NCBI GenBank assembly: GCA_976226885.1
Contig: OZ320315.1
Location: 84,196,001-84,260,000 of the forward strand
Source of the DNA: Iphione sp. A-MEVVRFRX5
Lineage: Eukaryota
Direction: 5' to 3'
Length of the DNA: 64,000 nucleotides
Shown one piece after another: positions 1 through 13,249 of the stretch. The notes beneath the pieces are model-generated. The model made no database searches. It saw nothing but the letters and a program-made list of their open reading frames with translations, and was not told the DNA's origin. Position 1 is the stretch's first letter; every line of letters starts with the position of its first letter. Position numbers and translations under genes: made by a program.

Positions 1-2998
1 CCATAATAAAACAATATGTATATGTGTACAGATTGCTTTAGTTTAACACTGGGATATCTAATTTATCTCTGTGGCTCTGACTGAGTTCGAAACAAAATTA
101 CAAATGATGGGATGATATAACAATGCCCTGGTACGCCTCATGCCAGAAATTCCCATGAATATATATACCAGTAAATGAACAGCTCGGTGGTATTATTCAG
201 TTTCATTCAGTGTCTTTGTCTTGAATATCAACTTATACTGGGCTGAGGTTCAGTGACCTTAGAGGTCTGTGTTTTCATTGGATGACAAGAAACCATTGAT
301 TGCCCCGTTTTAGCCTATGTAACCTTGCCTCCGACCCCCTCCAGTACGCATTTAGCCTCTAGTCCACTAGGCACGCAATGTTGCGTGTTTCCTGTAATGT
401 CCTACAGAGGGCAGTAGCGACGCACTAGCCCCTAGTGGCAAGATTAGACACTGGCGGTAGGCGTCTTAGGGCTGGGCGACATTGGGGGGAGGGGGCTGGG
501 GATGGAGATGGGGATGTGGAGTTGTACACGCTGACATGGACGGCCTCGCTCGAGGTGTGGACACGCTAGTCACCGCCATGCCCTTCACAACGGCCGCTTA
601 CTGGACTCGCCAAGGTCATCATCTCCATTTGGCCAGTATTACTGGTTGATTTAGCGAACAAACAGACCAACGGGGTCTCTATGTGCTCACTGTTAGACTA
701 CACTGGCCATCGCGCCAATTGACCGCCGCTAACATCCGGCCCTCCAAAGCGATACATATTGACGTGAGCTGGCCCGACAGGTTTCTTATTGTTATGCAAG
801 GAAAATTAATGAATAATCAAACTGACGAGGTATACTTTCTTTCAGTGGCTGTCAAATTTATACATGTACCGGTACATATGAATGTACACGTATAACGTAA
901 ATTATTCCTCTGTTTATGTTGTTCACTCCACATAGATTGTGACCACAGCGTGAATTGATCTCGTGAGTCAATACCATTATGATGCTCCTTTCGCTCAATG
1001 CAATAAAATTTAAATTAGGCGGCAAATAAGCAGGTCTGATTGCCAAAAAGCTCACCGTCACGCTCTCAGGAGTAGGGCGGGAACAGCTAAATTCGATATG
1101 ATCAGTCATTCTAAAGCATGATCATAAAGTTGTTTCCAGTTAAATTACCCTTAAACAAACATTACATGTACATAACGCAGTTCTTGGAGATGGGCGATAC
1201 GTGACGGCGATCTTTCCAACTAGATTGGCTCCGAGTAGACAACATACCCTCTAGAACTCAAGTCATAGCCACGAAACAGAATTTCCAAATATTTTGGCCT
1301 TCTAATTCTATTCCAACTCCATCTGATACTTTCCTTCTAAACATCTGATATGTAAAGCCAAATACACATCTACAAATACATGGAGTTACCTTTACTGGTG
1401 TAATCAATTGAGAAAATGATACAGATCATGACAGAGAAGCGTGGTATCAACATTGTACGATGTCTTCCTACCTGTTCAGAGCTTTCGTCATTTCTTGTGC
1501 TCTCATCCGTTCGTCCTACACCGCTGTCTTTCTCTTGTTTATTAGATGAGTTCTCTGTCGTGGCCGTATCGGTTGTCCCTCCTTCTTCGTCGTTACCCTG
1601 AATGAATAAATCAGAAATTGAATATAGTGATGAGAAAAATAAGGATCATTTACATATTTCATCAGGTAGAGAAAAAAACTTATACATATTTCAGGGCTAA
1701 TTGGCAAAGTCGTTTGCAATTTTCGCTGGACAAATAGATCACACGTTGAACTTGAATCTCCATTTACCTGGACTGCCATGTATTTGAGGGTAAAATCTAG
1801 CCATGGTATAATCGGTTTAAAACTTTTGGATGTAGCAGTATAAATAACCTAAATACAGATATGGATATTCATCCAGAACCGTCTGGAGTTACTACAAAGA
1901 CTACGTAGAGTGTCGGACCTGGACGGCGAGTCTACAGGTTTGAATGGCCACGGTCGAGAGATCAAAGAGGCTCTCTCTACTTTTGGCTTGTAATGAACCA
2001 CGATGTGACGACAGCAAATTCAGTCATTCGTCTCTCTGCATAAAAGAGCCGCATTCTGTATCTGACACAGGGGAGGACAATCAATTTATCGTCACCTGTC
2101 ACCAATCAGCAGTAAAAATCTATGCATCCGTCGCCTATTGTACGATTTGTCAGTGGAGTTAATGTCTGAAGTGGTAGTCGCCCCATGTGAAGCAAAGCCG
2201 TTGGATGGCGTGAATTCTGTCATCCCTCAGGAGTTTTTAACCAGAAAACAAACAGTGAGTTCATAACATTTGAATGTATGGGTCTTCACGGCGAAAAGGA
2301 TGGAACCGCCTCTGCACACAGGGTTTGGAGAAGAAGAGAAAAAAAACTTTTCAATTTGGTAACTGAGCGATCCTTCGCGCGTATGCTAGATGTTAAACGA
2401 CATACCGAACCAGATCGGCAATTCGTGCCATTCGCAACGGGTTGATGAATGAAATAAATCGGAAATAGTGTAGTGCAGTTCATAATGGGGAATTTTGTGG
2501 AATACCTTAAAGATTCAAACTGCAATATACTATTACGTACCATGTAGTCAAAGACACATACACTACATCCCGGAGACATGGGAGATGCTTTCCATCTGAG
2601 GTGTATTTTGATTGGCAGCCGTTTGAATGCAGAATAGTAGATACCCCCTGGGGCCGTGATCCAGGATGTTACCTGGGCCGCAGGTAAAGATCAAAAGGAA
2701 CACTCATTTGCCGCCTACAGGGGTGTACCCCATGAGGGCTTCATTAGCAGTCGTGCCCTAGGTAACAATTTTTTAACTAGTTGGCCAGGACAACCTATAA
2801 GGTATGTTTACAAAACGTATAGGTCCTGTTTTCAATTCAGCCCGGTCGATTCAATTATCTAGCCAATATTTATTTGTCTGTTTACCCTCGCAGTCAATTA
2901 AAGAGGGGCTGCTTTTCAATGAAGACCACTAGAATACATGTATTTGTCCGTTTGGAACTATCATTAATTGTGCTGGAAATGTCATTTAAAAATTCCAC

Positions 2999-3090
2999 TG
3001 AGAGAGAGAGAGAGAGGAGAACAGGCAGGCGGGAAGAGAGACAGGAAAAGAGATAGAGAAGAGTGGGGAGAAGGAAGAGAGGCATAAGGA
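2999..3090. repeat. GA-rich polypurine tract
   Basis: (GA)n run followed by ggagaacaggcaggcgggaagagagacaggaaaagagatagagaagagtggggagaagg. Confidence 0.8.
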
Positions 3091-6000
3091 AGGAAAAGCT
3101 AATCGGGAGCAGTTGCAGCAGGAGCTCACTATACCGATTTCTGCAGGGATCATGGTGGTGGGGCCAATAGCGGAGCCTTCACATATTACACCGATAAATC
3201 ATACATAATGCCGAGGTCCGGGTGCCACCTCAGACCACTAAGGCCATAACATACTACTCCCTACACCCTCTACCCATCTGCATCACCAACCGTATCTCTC
3301 AGCCACCTTCCCTCCTTCCTTTGCACCTAACTGCCTGCAAGCCCCCTCCCCCACCCAACCTCCCCCAAGTTCTTAGAACAACCACGTGATGATGAATTGA
3401 CCAATGGGATGACGGTATTGGCATCAAGCCGACCCTTTTTTTCTCCACTTGATGGAGCAGACGTTCTAACGCGCAGGCGTAGTGAAGTTCAGCAGTAAGA
3501 TCGACGATCAACTGGCGATCGAGCTGTTGGGACTTGGCTTTGGCCGACTCTTAGAGCAGGAGATAAGAGACGAGACCCCTTAGAATTCAGCCACGGCTCA
3601 CCGTATTCTATCTTCACTAATAGTCCAGGCCATTTAGCATTGGTGGCCATCTATATGGATGAAATGCATGCCCATCTCTTTTCCTATATAGAGCATGATC
3701 TAGCTACTTATTGTTGACCAGCAAACGAAAACATACGTACGGGTAGTCTACCTGTTTATGCATTGAGGTACTGCATATACATGACGTCTCTAACTAAAAT
3801 AAATATCAACTACATGCACGTGTGTATACTGTAGACTGTTTTCTAGAATCCTGCTCGTCGTAAATGATGTTGAACGTATATGAGCATGCTTCATCTATAT
3901 TCACAAGAAAAAAACATGAAGCTACTGTCCAATCTTTTACCACCTAGCCATCCATCTTTCCTCATCTAGGAATCTAAGTGCCGCAACTACGCCGATTTGA
4001 TGGCCTTTATCAATTAACCTAATTTCCTCTTACAGTTTCCACCTCCCTAGATCTTAAATCGCGCCTCCGCGTATTTCTCGCTAGCACTGGTGCCCTTTAT
4101 ACCGGACGTACGCCTGAGAGTCCCCCTTCTTACCAAAGAATGTCAAGCCGGAATAGGCAAGGGAGAGCAAGGTGTAATGAGGCCAGTAGGCGTAGATTGA
4201 CGATGCCGTTCTGGCGGGTGAAGGCTACAATATCTGTTCCACAATATTGCAGCATTTTCTCAGTGTATATCCTTTTCAGAAAAAGTAGTCCCTGCCGTCT
4301 TTTTCAACTGGAGCAGCTCGTTCAAAAGTACATAACACCTGCAGAGGCAGACACGAGTAAATTCCAATACGCGGGAGGCTAAGCTGAAGTTCCCATGTAA
4401 ATAAAATAGCTCAGAGCGATAATTGCCTTGACCTGCCGGTATCCATATATTCACCCGAAGTGGAGGAGAGATCGCGAAAGAGTTACGGCATGGTATAGAT
4501 CGCCACCCTATCTGTCCAGGGCCAGATGTGTGCAGGTCCAAGGGTAGTTATCAGGAGCCCACCTGCAGGGCGTCAGACAGGTGACTCTCGCCTCTCTCAC
4601 CGTGCTCCCATCAGGCAGTCTGCCAGCCCAGGCCACCCGTTCACCTTTGTCACACCTGGGGGCGCACCGGGCCTTTGATCTTCTTTACCTGGCCGTCGCA
4701 AAAACACCCCCAGTAACCTTCATCTCACTCCCCGTTACTGGCGACGTCACTGCATCCTTAACGTGTTGCGTATCTCTTGGTCGGCACAAAGCTGACGACG
4801 AGACTTGCATAACACAGCTACTACGTGAAGTTACCCTCTCTTTCTCAAGAAGACTGTGGAACGAGCTTCATTTCACGTAGAATAAAGACCCCGCATCTTC
4901 TAGCTTCAAAAGAACGTTCCCTCCTGCCAAAATTATTGATGAAACATTTTTCAGCGTTGGATGGCTCGCATTAACGAGAGCAGTGGAAGTGTGATTCCCC
5001 CATCGACGGTATAGATGTGTGCCGTGGGGATGAAACTTAAGTACGTTTATGGCATTTTCTAATCAGATGGATGAAAACGGCAGACCACTGTAATATGATT
5101 GCCCATTTTATGAGAATACTGTGAAGATAATGTCAACGATAACCTATCTCAATGTATTGGAGCAGTACTAACGACAATGGTCTCTTCCAGACCCTATGAT
5201 GTGGTAATTTTAGCAAATATGTTGTTGACTTGTGGAGAATTGTTACGACACACTAGACCCACCCCAATAAACAGTTGCGTGTTTAAGTTAGTCAAGAAAA
5301 TCCGCACTAATTCATCAGATAAACACATTTGTATTTGGCATGGAAATATTTCCTGTACTTGTATGCGTAAAACTTTCGTATTCCATTTATATGATATTTG
5401 CTCACTACTTGTTTCTTCAACAATGGCAGAAAGCGCCTTCCTTGGAATGCAAGCTCCTTGATAATCCATTCGCTGTTAGTGTAATAAATTGTCATTAATG
5501 GTTTGACACCTAAATTTAAGGCGTATCGACACCTAATGGTTGTTACGAATGGCCTAAAGCATTAATCATTTGATGTTTTAACACCGCTTCCGTTCGTTTT
5601 GTGTGAATTCAGTTTGATACAATGCAGACAACTACTTGGTCTTGTTCACCTCATTACAAGAGCTGCAAGCACACGTTGAGCACCTGCTAGTTTAAAATGA
5701 GAGAAGAAGGGGGAACCGTTGGGTCTAATTTCCTGAAAAGTCATCAGAAATCACGGGAGAGACTTATCCTTGAGGCACAAATACCTATCAGAGAAGAACT
5801 GCATTGAGAAACATTGATCTTCCTTCAAGCTACCCGAATTTAGACAAAGGGTGGTGGGTGGGTGGGTGGGTGTGGGTGTGGGAGGTGGGTGAGGGTGGGG
5901 GGGCAAACCAACATTTATCCCACAGTCACACCACATCATCAATGGACCGACAACGCCCAATCGCTGTCCGGGGAAGGAACGCCTAGCGGCCAGATCTGGA

Positions 6001-8129
6001 TCACCTTAATCCCTGCTCAGATCTTTCATTTGTCCCCGGAGCGCGGCCCAAGTGTGTCTCGAAAATACAGAAAGGAAGGAGAAGTAGAGGTTGGTAGGTT
6101 GGAGGCGAGGCAGGAAAGTGGGGGTCGTAGGGTAAAAGCACCAGGCAGCAACTAGAGGAGACCCGCTGTAAGTCTTGCCTAGATCTTGGCCGTCGCTCTT
6201 GTATGTGATCAATGTCTCTCCTCCTGTCTGCATACAAAGGACCAATGCTACCTTCTGGTGGTCGCCAGCCCCGCCATTCCCTGGTCTTCCTAATGGGCGA
6301 ACCGTAACCTATACCTCAAGTTCACCAGATTAAGGATGTTGCGAAGCCTTTGAGGCGTCCACGATAAAAGGCGCCGCCAGGGATTAGGTCTCTCAGTGGT
6401 ATTCCTAATGCATAGCGCCACCTGAATCCTGGCCGTTGGTCCACATCAGATGCCCAGCCTGTACGTCATCGTTAGCGGGGCAGGTCAGTAAATGGAAGGC
6501 ACTTGCGCTGCGCATTGATTTCCATGTAGCAAAGACAACTTAAGATTCAAAGCAGCGCCAATAAAACAATCGCCCGATACCGATGAATATTACTTGAATC
6601 ATCCCCCCTTCAGCTGATCTCTTTAACATAACTCCTGCTCTCTGGATCTATCTACATGCACATGTATATCGCACTAGCTCAGCATTCTGCTTTACTTCTG
6701 TTGACTTCTGCCAACGTTAAAAAGACAGCCATATCTTCTCTGACGCCACACACTACAGAGGTTAGTGGACTTGGCCATTAATATTTTTTAACAAGAATGA
6801 GGACCTGTGAGGTCTATTGTACCCCGCCACTCATTCAATCACGTGGACCTACTTAGTGCTAACGGTGACGGAACTACCACTGCAGCGACTTGAAATATGA
6901 TGAGCGATCATATCTATATTAAGACAGGCTAACAATATTCACTCCCATCCGGTAGTCTTTTGCAGGTTGGTACATGTATATTGATAGGACCTGGCTCACA
7001 GAACAAACCAACACTCTCATTTTCCTTTTCGGAAAGTACTTGTCTCTTTGGCGTTAATCTATACATTTTCCCGTAGCTACGAGACCCAAACAATTTTCAT
7101 AAATATTGTCTCCCGTTCAATGCGAAACAATATAGTATATCGTGGGCGGCCATACACATGCGTCTTCTTAGATAGAGGGTCATCAAGAAGCACACAACTA
7201 CGATACACAAATTATTACTAGCCATAAATGTCAGCACGCACGTGAGTAAGGACTACATAAAACCTACTAGAAACTGAACCCGACGACTTTTTCATTTTCT
7301 CACCACCTGAGAGATTTCTCTTCAGTATTCCAAGTCTGGCGTCCCTATTGGGGTGCCAGACCGTGGCGCATGCTAATTAGAGACACGGTGGGCGATAAGT
7401 CGGGTTCCTTTGACCGTTCCCTCTCCCATTAGTATGCCAGGGGCCTGCGTGGGGCAAAAAGTATATATCACGTGACAGACAGCATGGCGGTCCATATACG
7501 CACCAGATTCGCCGATTCGCGGGCGTCACCGCCCGACGGGAGCGCCCCCGAGCGGGTGATGAATACAAATGGAGATACATCCGGCGCTAAATGATTTCTT
7601 CCTCGTCCGTACCGCCCTCACTCCTCCATCGTGGCCCGACAATGCCGATAAATCCTATGCACTACACGAGATGATCTATAATAGCTAGGGCCGTCCTCCA
7701 TCAACTATTATGTCAAGTCGGGTAGTCTTTCTGACACACTTGAAAGCAGGAGAATATCATCAAGTTCACGGAATATCCAAGATCTGTTATACTTCAGGAA
7801 CACACTGGCCATGAAGAGCATGCGCTTCATATGTATATACATGTATGGAATGGAAATTATAGTAAAAAGCTAAACTCAATTCTAATATATGGCTTTAAGG
7901 TACAGTCCCTTTCCCTTGTTGTAGCTGCCGCTGCTGCGGTCAAAGCTGGATATGACCCATGCCAGATCGCTGCGTATATGTCCCTGTGTGATCTTATTCG
8001 CGAAGTGTGTGTGTGGGAGAGGGTATAGATTCGATGATTGGACTAAAAGATGGATGAGAGAGGCCTGGCTGTCAATGTGATAAACTTGCCTATCCATTGC
8101 TGACGGGATCCTGATGCTAAGCGAGGAGC

Positions 8130-8290
8130 TCACCACGCCAGAAGAGCACCTCGCCCTCGAACGCTTCTCGCCTGCGCGCGATCTCGCCAATTCTCGCCAA
8201 TTCTCAGGGCTCCGTCTTCCGGTATCAAACGCCAATCCATCATGGCGGCGGCCACTGACCCCTCAAGGTCAACAGTGGCCACCAATCAGA
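8130..8290. promoter_or_regulatory. CpG-rich promoter-like island with four CCAAT, an ETS and a YY1-like motif
   Basis: CCAAT at 8187, 8197, 8232 and 8282, CTTCCGG ~8216, CATGGCGGC ~8241, minus-strand donor TG|gtgagc near 8132. Confidence 0.35.
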
Positions 8291-9503
8291 TGTCATTATT
8301 TTGACTACACTGACCCCCGGCCGCGAACGGGTGAACGAGGCTCCCTGGGAATACATTTCCGCATACTGTAGTCCGCAGCAAATGTGAGCTGCTGCTGCCA
8401 CGGAGACAAGTGTAGCCCCCGACCTTAGATGAGGTGCTATATCAAACATGCCAGATGCTTTCACTATTCCCTCACAAAGAGAAGTACATGTTCAGCGGTC
8501 TCTTATAGAAACGCGGGGAAATGCCAATGAAATACAGTACGTACATGTGTGCCTAGAAAGTATGATACATTGTCATTCCCAGAATCGCAGAAAATATCTA
8601 TCATATTAGTGTAATTTTTCCACCATTTCTCTAGTATTATAATGTTACAAGCACATTGCATGTTACAAGCGAAGTGATATACATAATATACACATTAACT
8701 ATTCGACTTGAAGTCAGAAAGTTTCACTTTGGCTGTCATTTAAATATTGGTTACGAACTTCAGGCGACGATATGCTACGAGCCTCTACAGTTTCCAGTAC
8801 ACTTGACGGACTTCGTTAAGCTGGGTCAGGCGTGAAGGTCATCCCAATTCATACAACATTAACCCATGTTGACCACACAACACTAAACAGGGCGCTTGGC
8901 GCCGGCGCCACGGCGTTATAAATCACGGGGGGGGGGGGGTAAATCGGCAATATCTAGTAGACTGTTGGGGAGGGACGGAGAGGCTGGTTGGGCCGGGCGG
9001 GTGAAGTTATTTACGGAGGTCGGATGAGGTGGAAGCAGAGTACCCGCCGAGTTTGAGTTATTGTTGGCTGGCATGCGGACAGTTTCTGAGTGACCCACCA
9101 GGGTCGATGATAAAAGGTGGTGGCCATCTTTAACGGCCTCCATGGGCACGCTGGCCTCTAGCACGTGGCCCGCATTCATTTGTGGGACCCCCAATCACTT
9201 TCAGTCAGGTCCATCGTAACTGCGGCCGTGGCAACCTCACTACATCCCTCATCTTAACACATAGCCACCCAGCCCTGGCGTCAAACACTACCACTCATCG
9301 CCATTCATCGCCAGGTATGGCCTCATCATACTTGACTCCCCTCATGTCCATCCAACTTTCTGCCAACTGCTGTAATTTGTGAATGCATATTATCTACAGG
9401 TTTAACAAACTGTCGTCACATGGCCGACGCCGGCAGGCATGGCATCGATCTTATATACATGCAACTGCGGTATATCATACTTCAAAGAATAACACGAACA
9501 TAC

Positions 9504-9611
9504 CTGTGTGAGTAGATTTTGTGAGAAAGTTGAGGTGCAAGCATGCTGCTCTAGCATCTCCATAGGCAGCTCGTCCAGTATGTTGTGTTCGTCCATGAAC
9601 CCATCGTCCAT
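9504..9611 (-). CDS. PDZRN3: PDZRN3/4-like exon, post-PDZ acidic segment (MDDGFMDEHNILDELPMEMLEQHACTSTFSQNLLTQ)
   Basis: Acceptor tttttttcttctag|ATG, donor CAG|gtatgt, 108 nt, phase 0-0. Resembles LDEGW.DD..N.FL..L.M.MLE.H of PDZRN3/4. Confidence 0.88.
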
Positions 9612-12600
9612 CTAGAAGAAAAAATTGAAAACAGGAGCATGAGAATAGAAATCGGTGTTTGACAAAACTACAATATATACATATACATTGATATATAAAC
9701 AGTATTCATGCTGAATGTGATGAGTGAGTGGACGATAGCCAACTGCATACAGGTAGAGCGGGACTTTATAGTAAGAGGGATATAACTTGTGCCGCGGCAC
9801 TGTCTTCACCAGAGGATACAGTGCCTACATGTACCTATAACTTTCAATGATGAATACGTTCATATCGGAGCTCCTGACGGCAACAAAATACAACAAATGT
9901 CATCCCTTTAACACCGAGTAAAGAAAACACCGAAGCACGCCGACAAACTACTGGCTTGGGCCGCTTTAATAGCGTAGTAGAATGGCATCTGCAAGACGTG
10001 AGTAGGACTAGTGCTGACCGAATCAACCCCTTGCTGCCTGCTTGACCATGGCTACTCGGCCTTACAAGCAGCCTGAAGCTCTAGCAACGTCTGGAGTTCG
10101 AGTCTCGGCCTTTCTCCACGCATATCAGCACACCTTATCTTCGTGTGACACAGCTTCCGGTCGGCTGCGTATCATGGGGCGGGTGCCTACTTTGCCGTTT
10201 TTCCTGTCGTGCTCAATTTCCTGTCAGACCTAACAGGCATCTTTCCGGCCATCAGTCATAGGCTGGAAATTACATCAATTCTGCCTGTTGTGATCAACAG
10301 AAACGCCTTAGGATCACCTTCCCAGCAAGGAGAGGCTTTGGCTTTATGCGGTAAAGGGGAAAAACTCTTGCCAAATGTTCACTAGGATGAACGTCTACCG
10401 GCTTTAATTCTTGGCAAGAAAGCCTAGAATAGATGAATTCTATGCGGATACAAAGCCCTCGGCGTGACCTTCAACTACATTCCAGCTCTCTGCACCTTAA
10501 ATCAAAGGGGAAAGTATGCAGTCTAAGCTTTTCAAAGTATATTCCTTCTTTAAGGGATTATTACTATCTTGAGCATGTGGAGGTAGTTTGTGATAAAAGC
10601 ATGTATGGATATGCCACCGGTGAAGACAGAAGCCTTCTTGTCCTATTCGTCACTAGTCGGGAATGTGGTAAACACCACGTTTTATTCCTATGGCGGTATA
10701 TACGTTTGTGTCTCACCGTCGGGGAATGAGCATCTGCCAGGAACAAAACCTGGCTATGAGCAGCTCTCAGCGCAGCAGCGTCACGCTCGGCCCAAGACAG
10801 CTATTCTGGATCTGTCCTCGCCAAATGGTTGGGTGAGCGCAGGCCAACAACTAACGGCAGGCCTTTGTTCTGGCGCCCATATATAACTCAGCGTCTGCGC
10901 TGGTGGTAGCCTAGGATGTTCCGAGCGGCAGAATACGGCATGTCTCTTGTCCACCGACCACGTCAGCTGATAAGGGGCTGAACAGTCGGTAACTGATGAC
11001 AGCACTCGGATCGTAAGCAATACTGATGGGGTGACCTCAGCATTGATGAATCCCTTACCAGCCCCAGAGCACATAGCCACTGGTCGTATTTATCCAGTGT
11101 TGCAAAGAACATATTGATTTGTCTATTCGTTCGGCAACATTGCCATTGTACAAGTCGGTTGAAACATATGTAGGTCTATACATTCGATAGCAGCAGGAAA
11201 ACAATTGAATACATCGAAAATATATACATAGTAAAAAGAATTTAAATTTGGTATCTCACTGTAAACATTGTTTTCTATGCTTTACTCATGCCAACTGTGA
11301 AATTTTATTAACACCGATGCATTACCTTGAATCTAACATGCTGGGAGACTCTGAAAGGCGCAATCCACCATTAAACTCATATCACATCAAGTCATCCATA
11401 AAGCGGTGCGTGGAGGCTTGTCAGTCACGTGAGCGCTAAGACTGATAACGAGGCGGCCACATGGAAGAATTCCATCGTGGCTGACATACGTACATCGGCG
11501 GGTCATGGCGGACAGCCGCAGCCGCGCCCCCTGTGATCTCAGCCCGTCACCTTGAACGTGGGAGGTCTGCACCTTGTTGGCTCTGGAGTTGGCGGCCGTC
11601 TCGCGTCTTTACCCTACGTCAGTCCGTTAATATCAAGGCGACATGTTGCACGATAAAATATTCCCGGCTTCCCCAGTCTCCCCCACCATTCTCTGTAATT
11701 TTCACAACCACTTCCTAGCCATCGTGAATCAAGAGAACGAGCGTTGACCTGGTCTCGCAGAGTAGAGCGAGCTGAGGTTCACCGCAGTCCCATTTGTCAG
11801 TGAGGGGGGATCATCGCTGAACTTAAGGATCTAACTGCGAAACCTAAGCCGCTGCTGATAGGCGTAACTTTGCGCAAGCGGCCTCGTATAGGTTGCTCCC
11901 CCACAACCTCCTTTCTCAGTCATGAGGTGGCATGTACCTGTCTGCTCCTTGTTCCTGATGGACCTCCCAGGTCGATGAACAGAAGTACATCTGTCTATGT
12001 GCGATGGCCTATCGGTCAGACTAACACAATACTGATCTACAGGCAGCCATGAGGAAAAACAGCGGGATAGAAATTAACCGCCTGTTCCTTTCTTCCCCCC
12101 CAAAAAAACGAAAAAGAGAAAAGTGAAAGTGGGACAGAAAGAAAAGATGCGTGACCAACGTTTCGGTGTCTATCTAAACAAGAGTTTTCCCTCCCTGGTG
12201 GGATGGAAAGCCCGGTGCAAATAATGAGGGAGTAGATTTATATTCCGCTGGCGTTGCTTTTAAAACAACACCATCGATTTGTTTCCACTTCTCTTCTCAC
12301 TAAAAGGACTCTCCTTAAAGTTTTAAAACCCAATTGTGGCCAGAATAATCTTAATGCTTCCCGTCCACGACCTTCCTGATCAATCTCCCTGTATGTGAGA
12401 AGAGGGATTGGCAATTTCTCGGATGAATAACCCTGGTACCTTACATACATGCACTTGTAGGTGTTTTTTTGGCAAATACGCCTGTGGCTTTGGGCGGCGT
12501 TTAAGCCGTAATTTTGCCTGTTTACTGCGGGTACCTTTGCCGAGAGGCCGGAAACACATCCAGTCAGGTTCTTTTTGTTGCAGCACATATTGACCCACAA

Positions 12601-13213
12601 CTTGGTGGTGTGCGTCTCTTGACACCTGTTCTGACAGACGGTCGTGTGCGCTTCACTGCTGACATACAGTTCTGTTGACAGCTATTCAGACACACCGCTC
12701 GGGTTGAAGCCCAGGCGACCCAGCCTGGCGCCTGATGCCACCGCGGAGCAGCAGCCATGTTTGCATGCTAGTTGCGCCTAAAGACCGCCTTGTTGACGCA
12801 AGCTCCCCAGTGGTCACACCTTCATTTGGCAGCATGCAGTAGTCTGCGTGTGTGACTGTGCGTTATGTATGTGTGGGTTTCGTGTGTGTTGTGAAGGGGG
12901 GTAGGGCCGGGGTGGATGGATGGGTGGGTGTCTGCTCCTGGAAGTGTGTTCGCAAACAACAGAGCCCGACAGCGAAGGGAAACAGAAACAAACCTTGTCC
13001 TTGGCAAGCGTACATCCACATTCGCGGAGCAGAGATCCGCTTGCATTCAATACATCCCATCCCTCAGCTTTTATTCCGCCGTCCTCCCTTTAAGTTCCCT
13101 CGGGGTCCTGAGTGAAACGACATATCAGCTCCCTCGAGTCCAATTAAAAGTCGCTTAAAAGGGCATCAACCGCAAAGGACACACCACTATATTTGCAGCC
13201 AATTCCAACATGA

Positions 13214-13249
13214 TATGCCACTCTCCACTATTGGGTGGAGAGTGGCATA
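13214..13249. repeat. Perfect 15-bp inverted repeat (hairpin) with a 6-nt loop
   Basis: TATGCCACTCTCCAC-TATTGG-GTGGAGAGTGGCATA. Confidence 0.9.

Noticed and set aside
7590-7625. EGGTDEEE on the minus strand as a possible start of the terminal exon (expected [11 protein letters not shown]-like motif)
   Set aside because: Stop codon follows within a few codons and the motif does not match. The terminal exon is probably beyond position 1.
10049-10104. A-box/B-box-like pair (TGGCTACTCGG ... GTTCGAGTC), possible tRNA or SINE head
   Set aside because: No cloverleaf (acceptor and anticodon stems fail), the A box has two mismatches, and there is no second copy in the window.
11059-11112. MFFATLDKYDQWLCALGL ending at a phase-0 donor CTG|gtaagg
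   Set aside because: No promoter-like context, and an ATG in frame with a random donor is common. Left unsupported.
12153-12180. CGAAACGTTGGTC on the minus strand, like the 3' half of a minimal hammerhead
   Set aside because: No CUGANGA box or stem II upstream.
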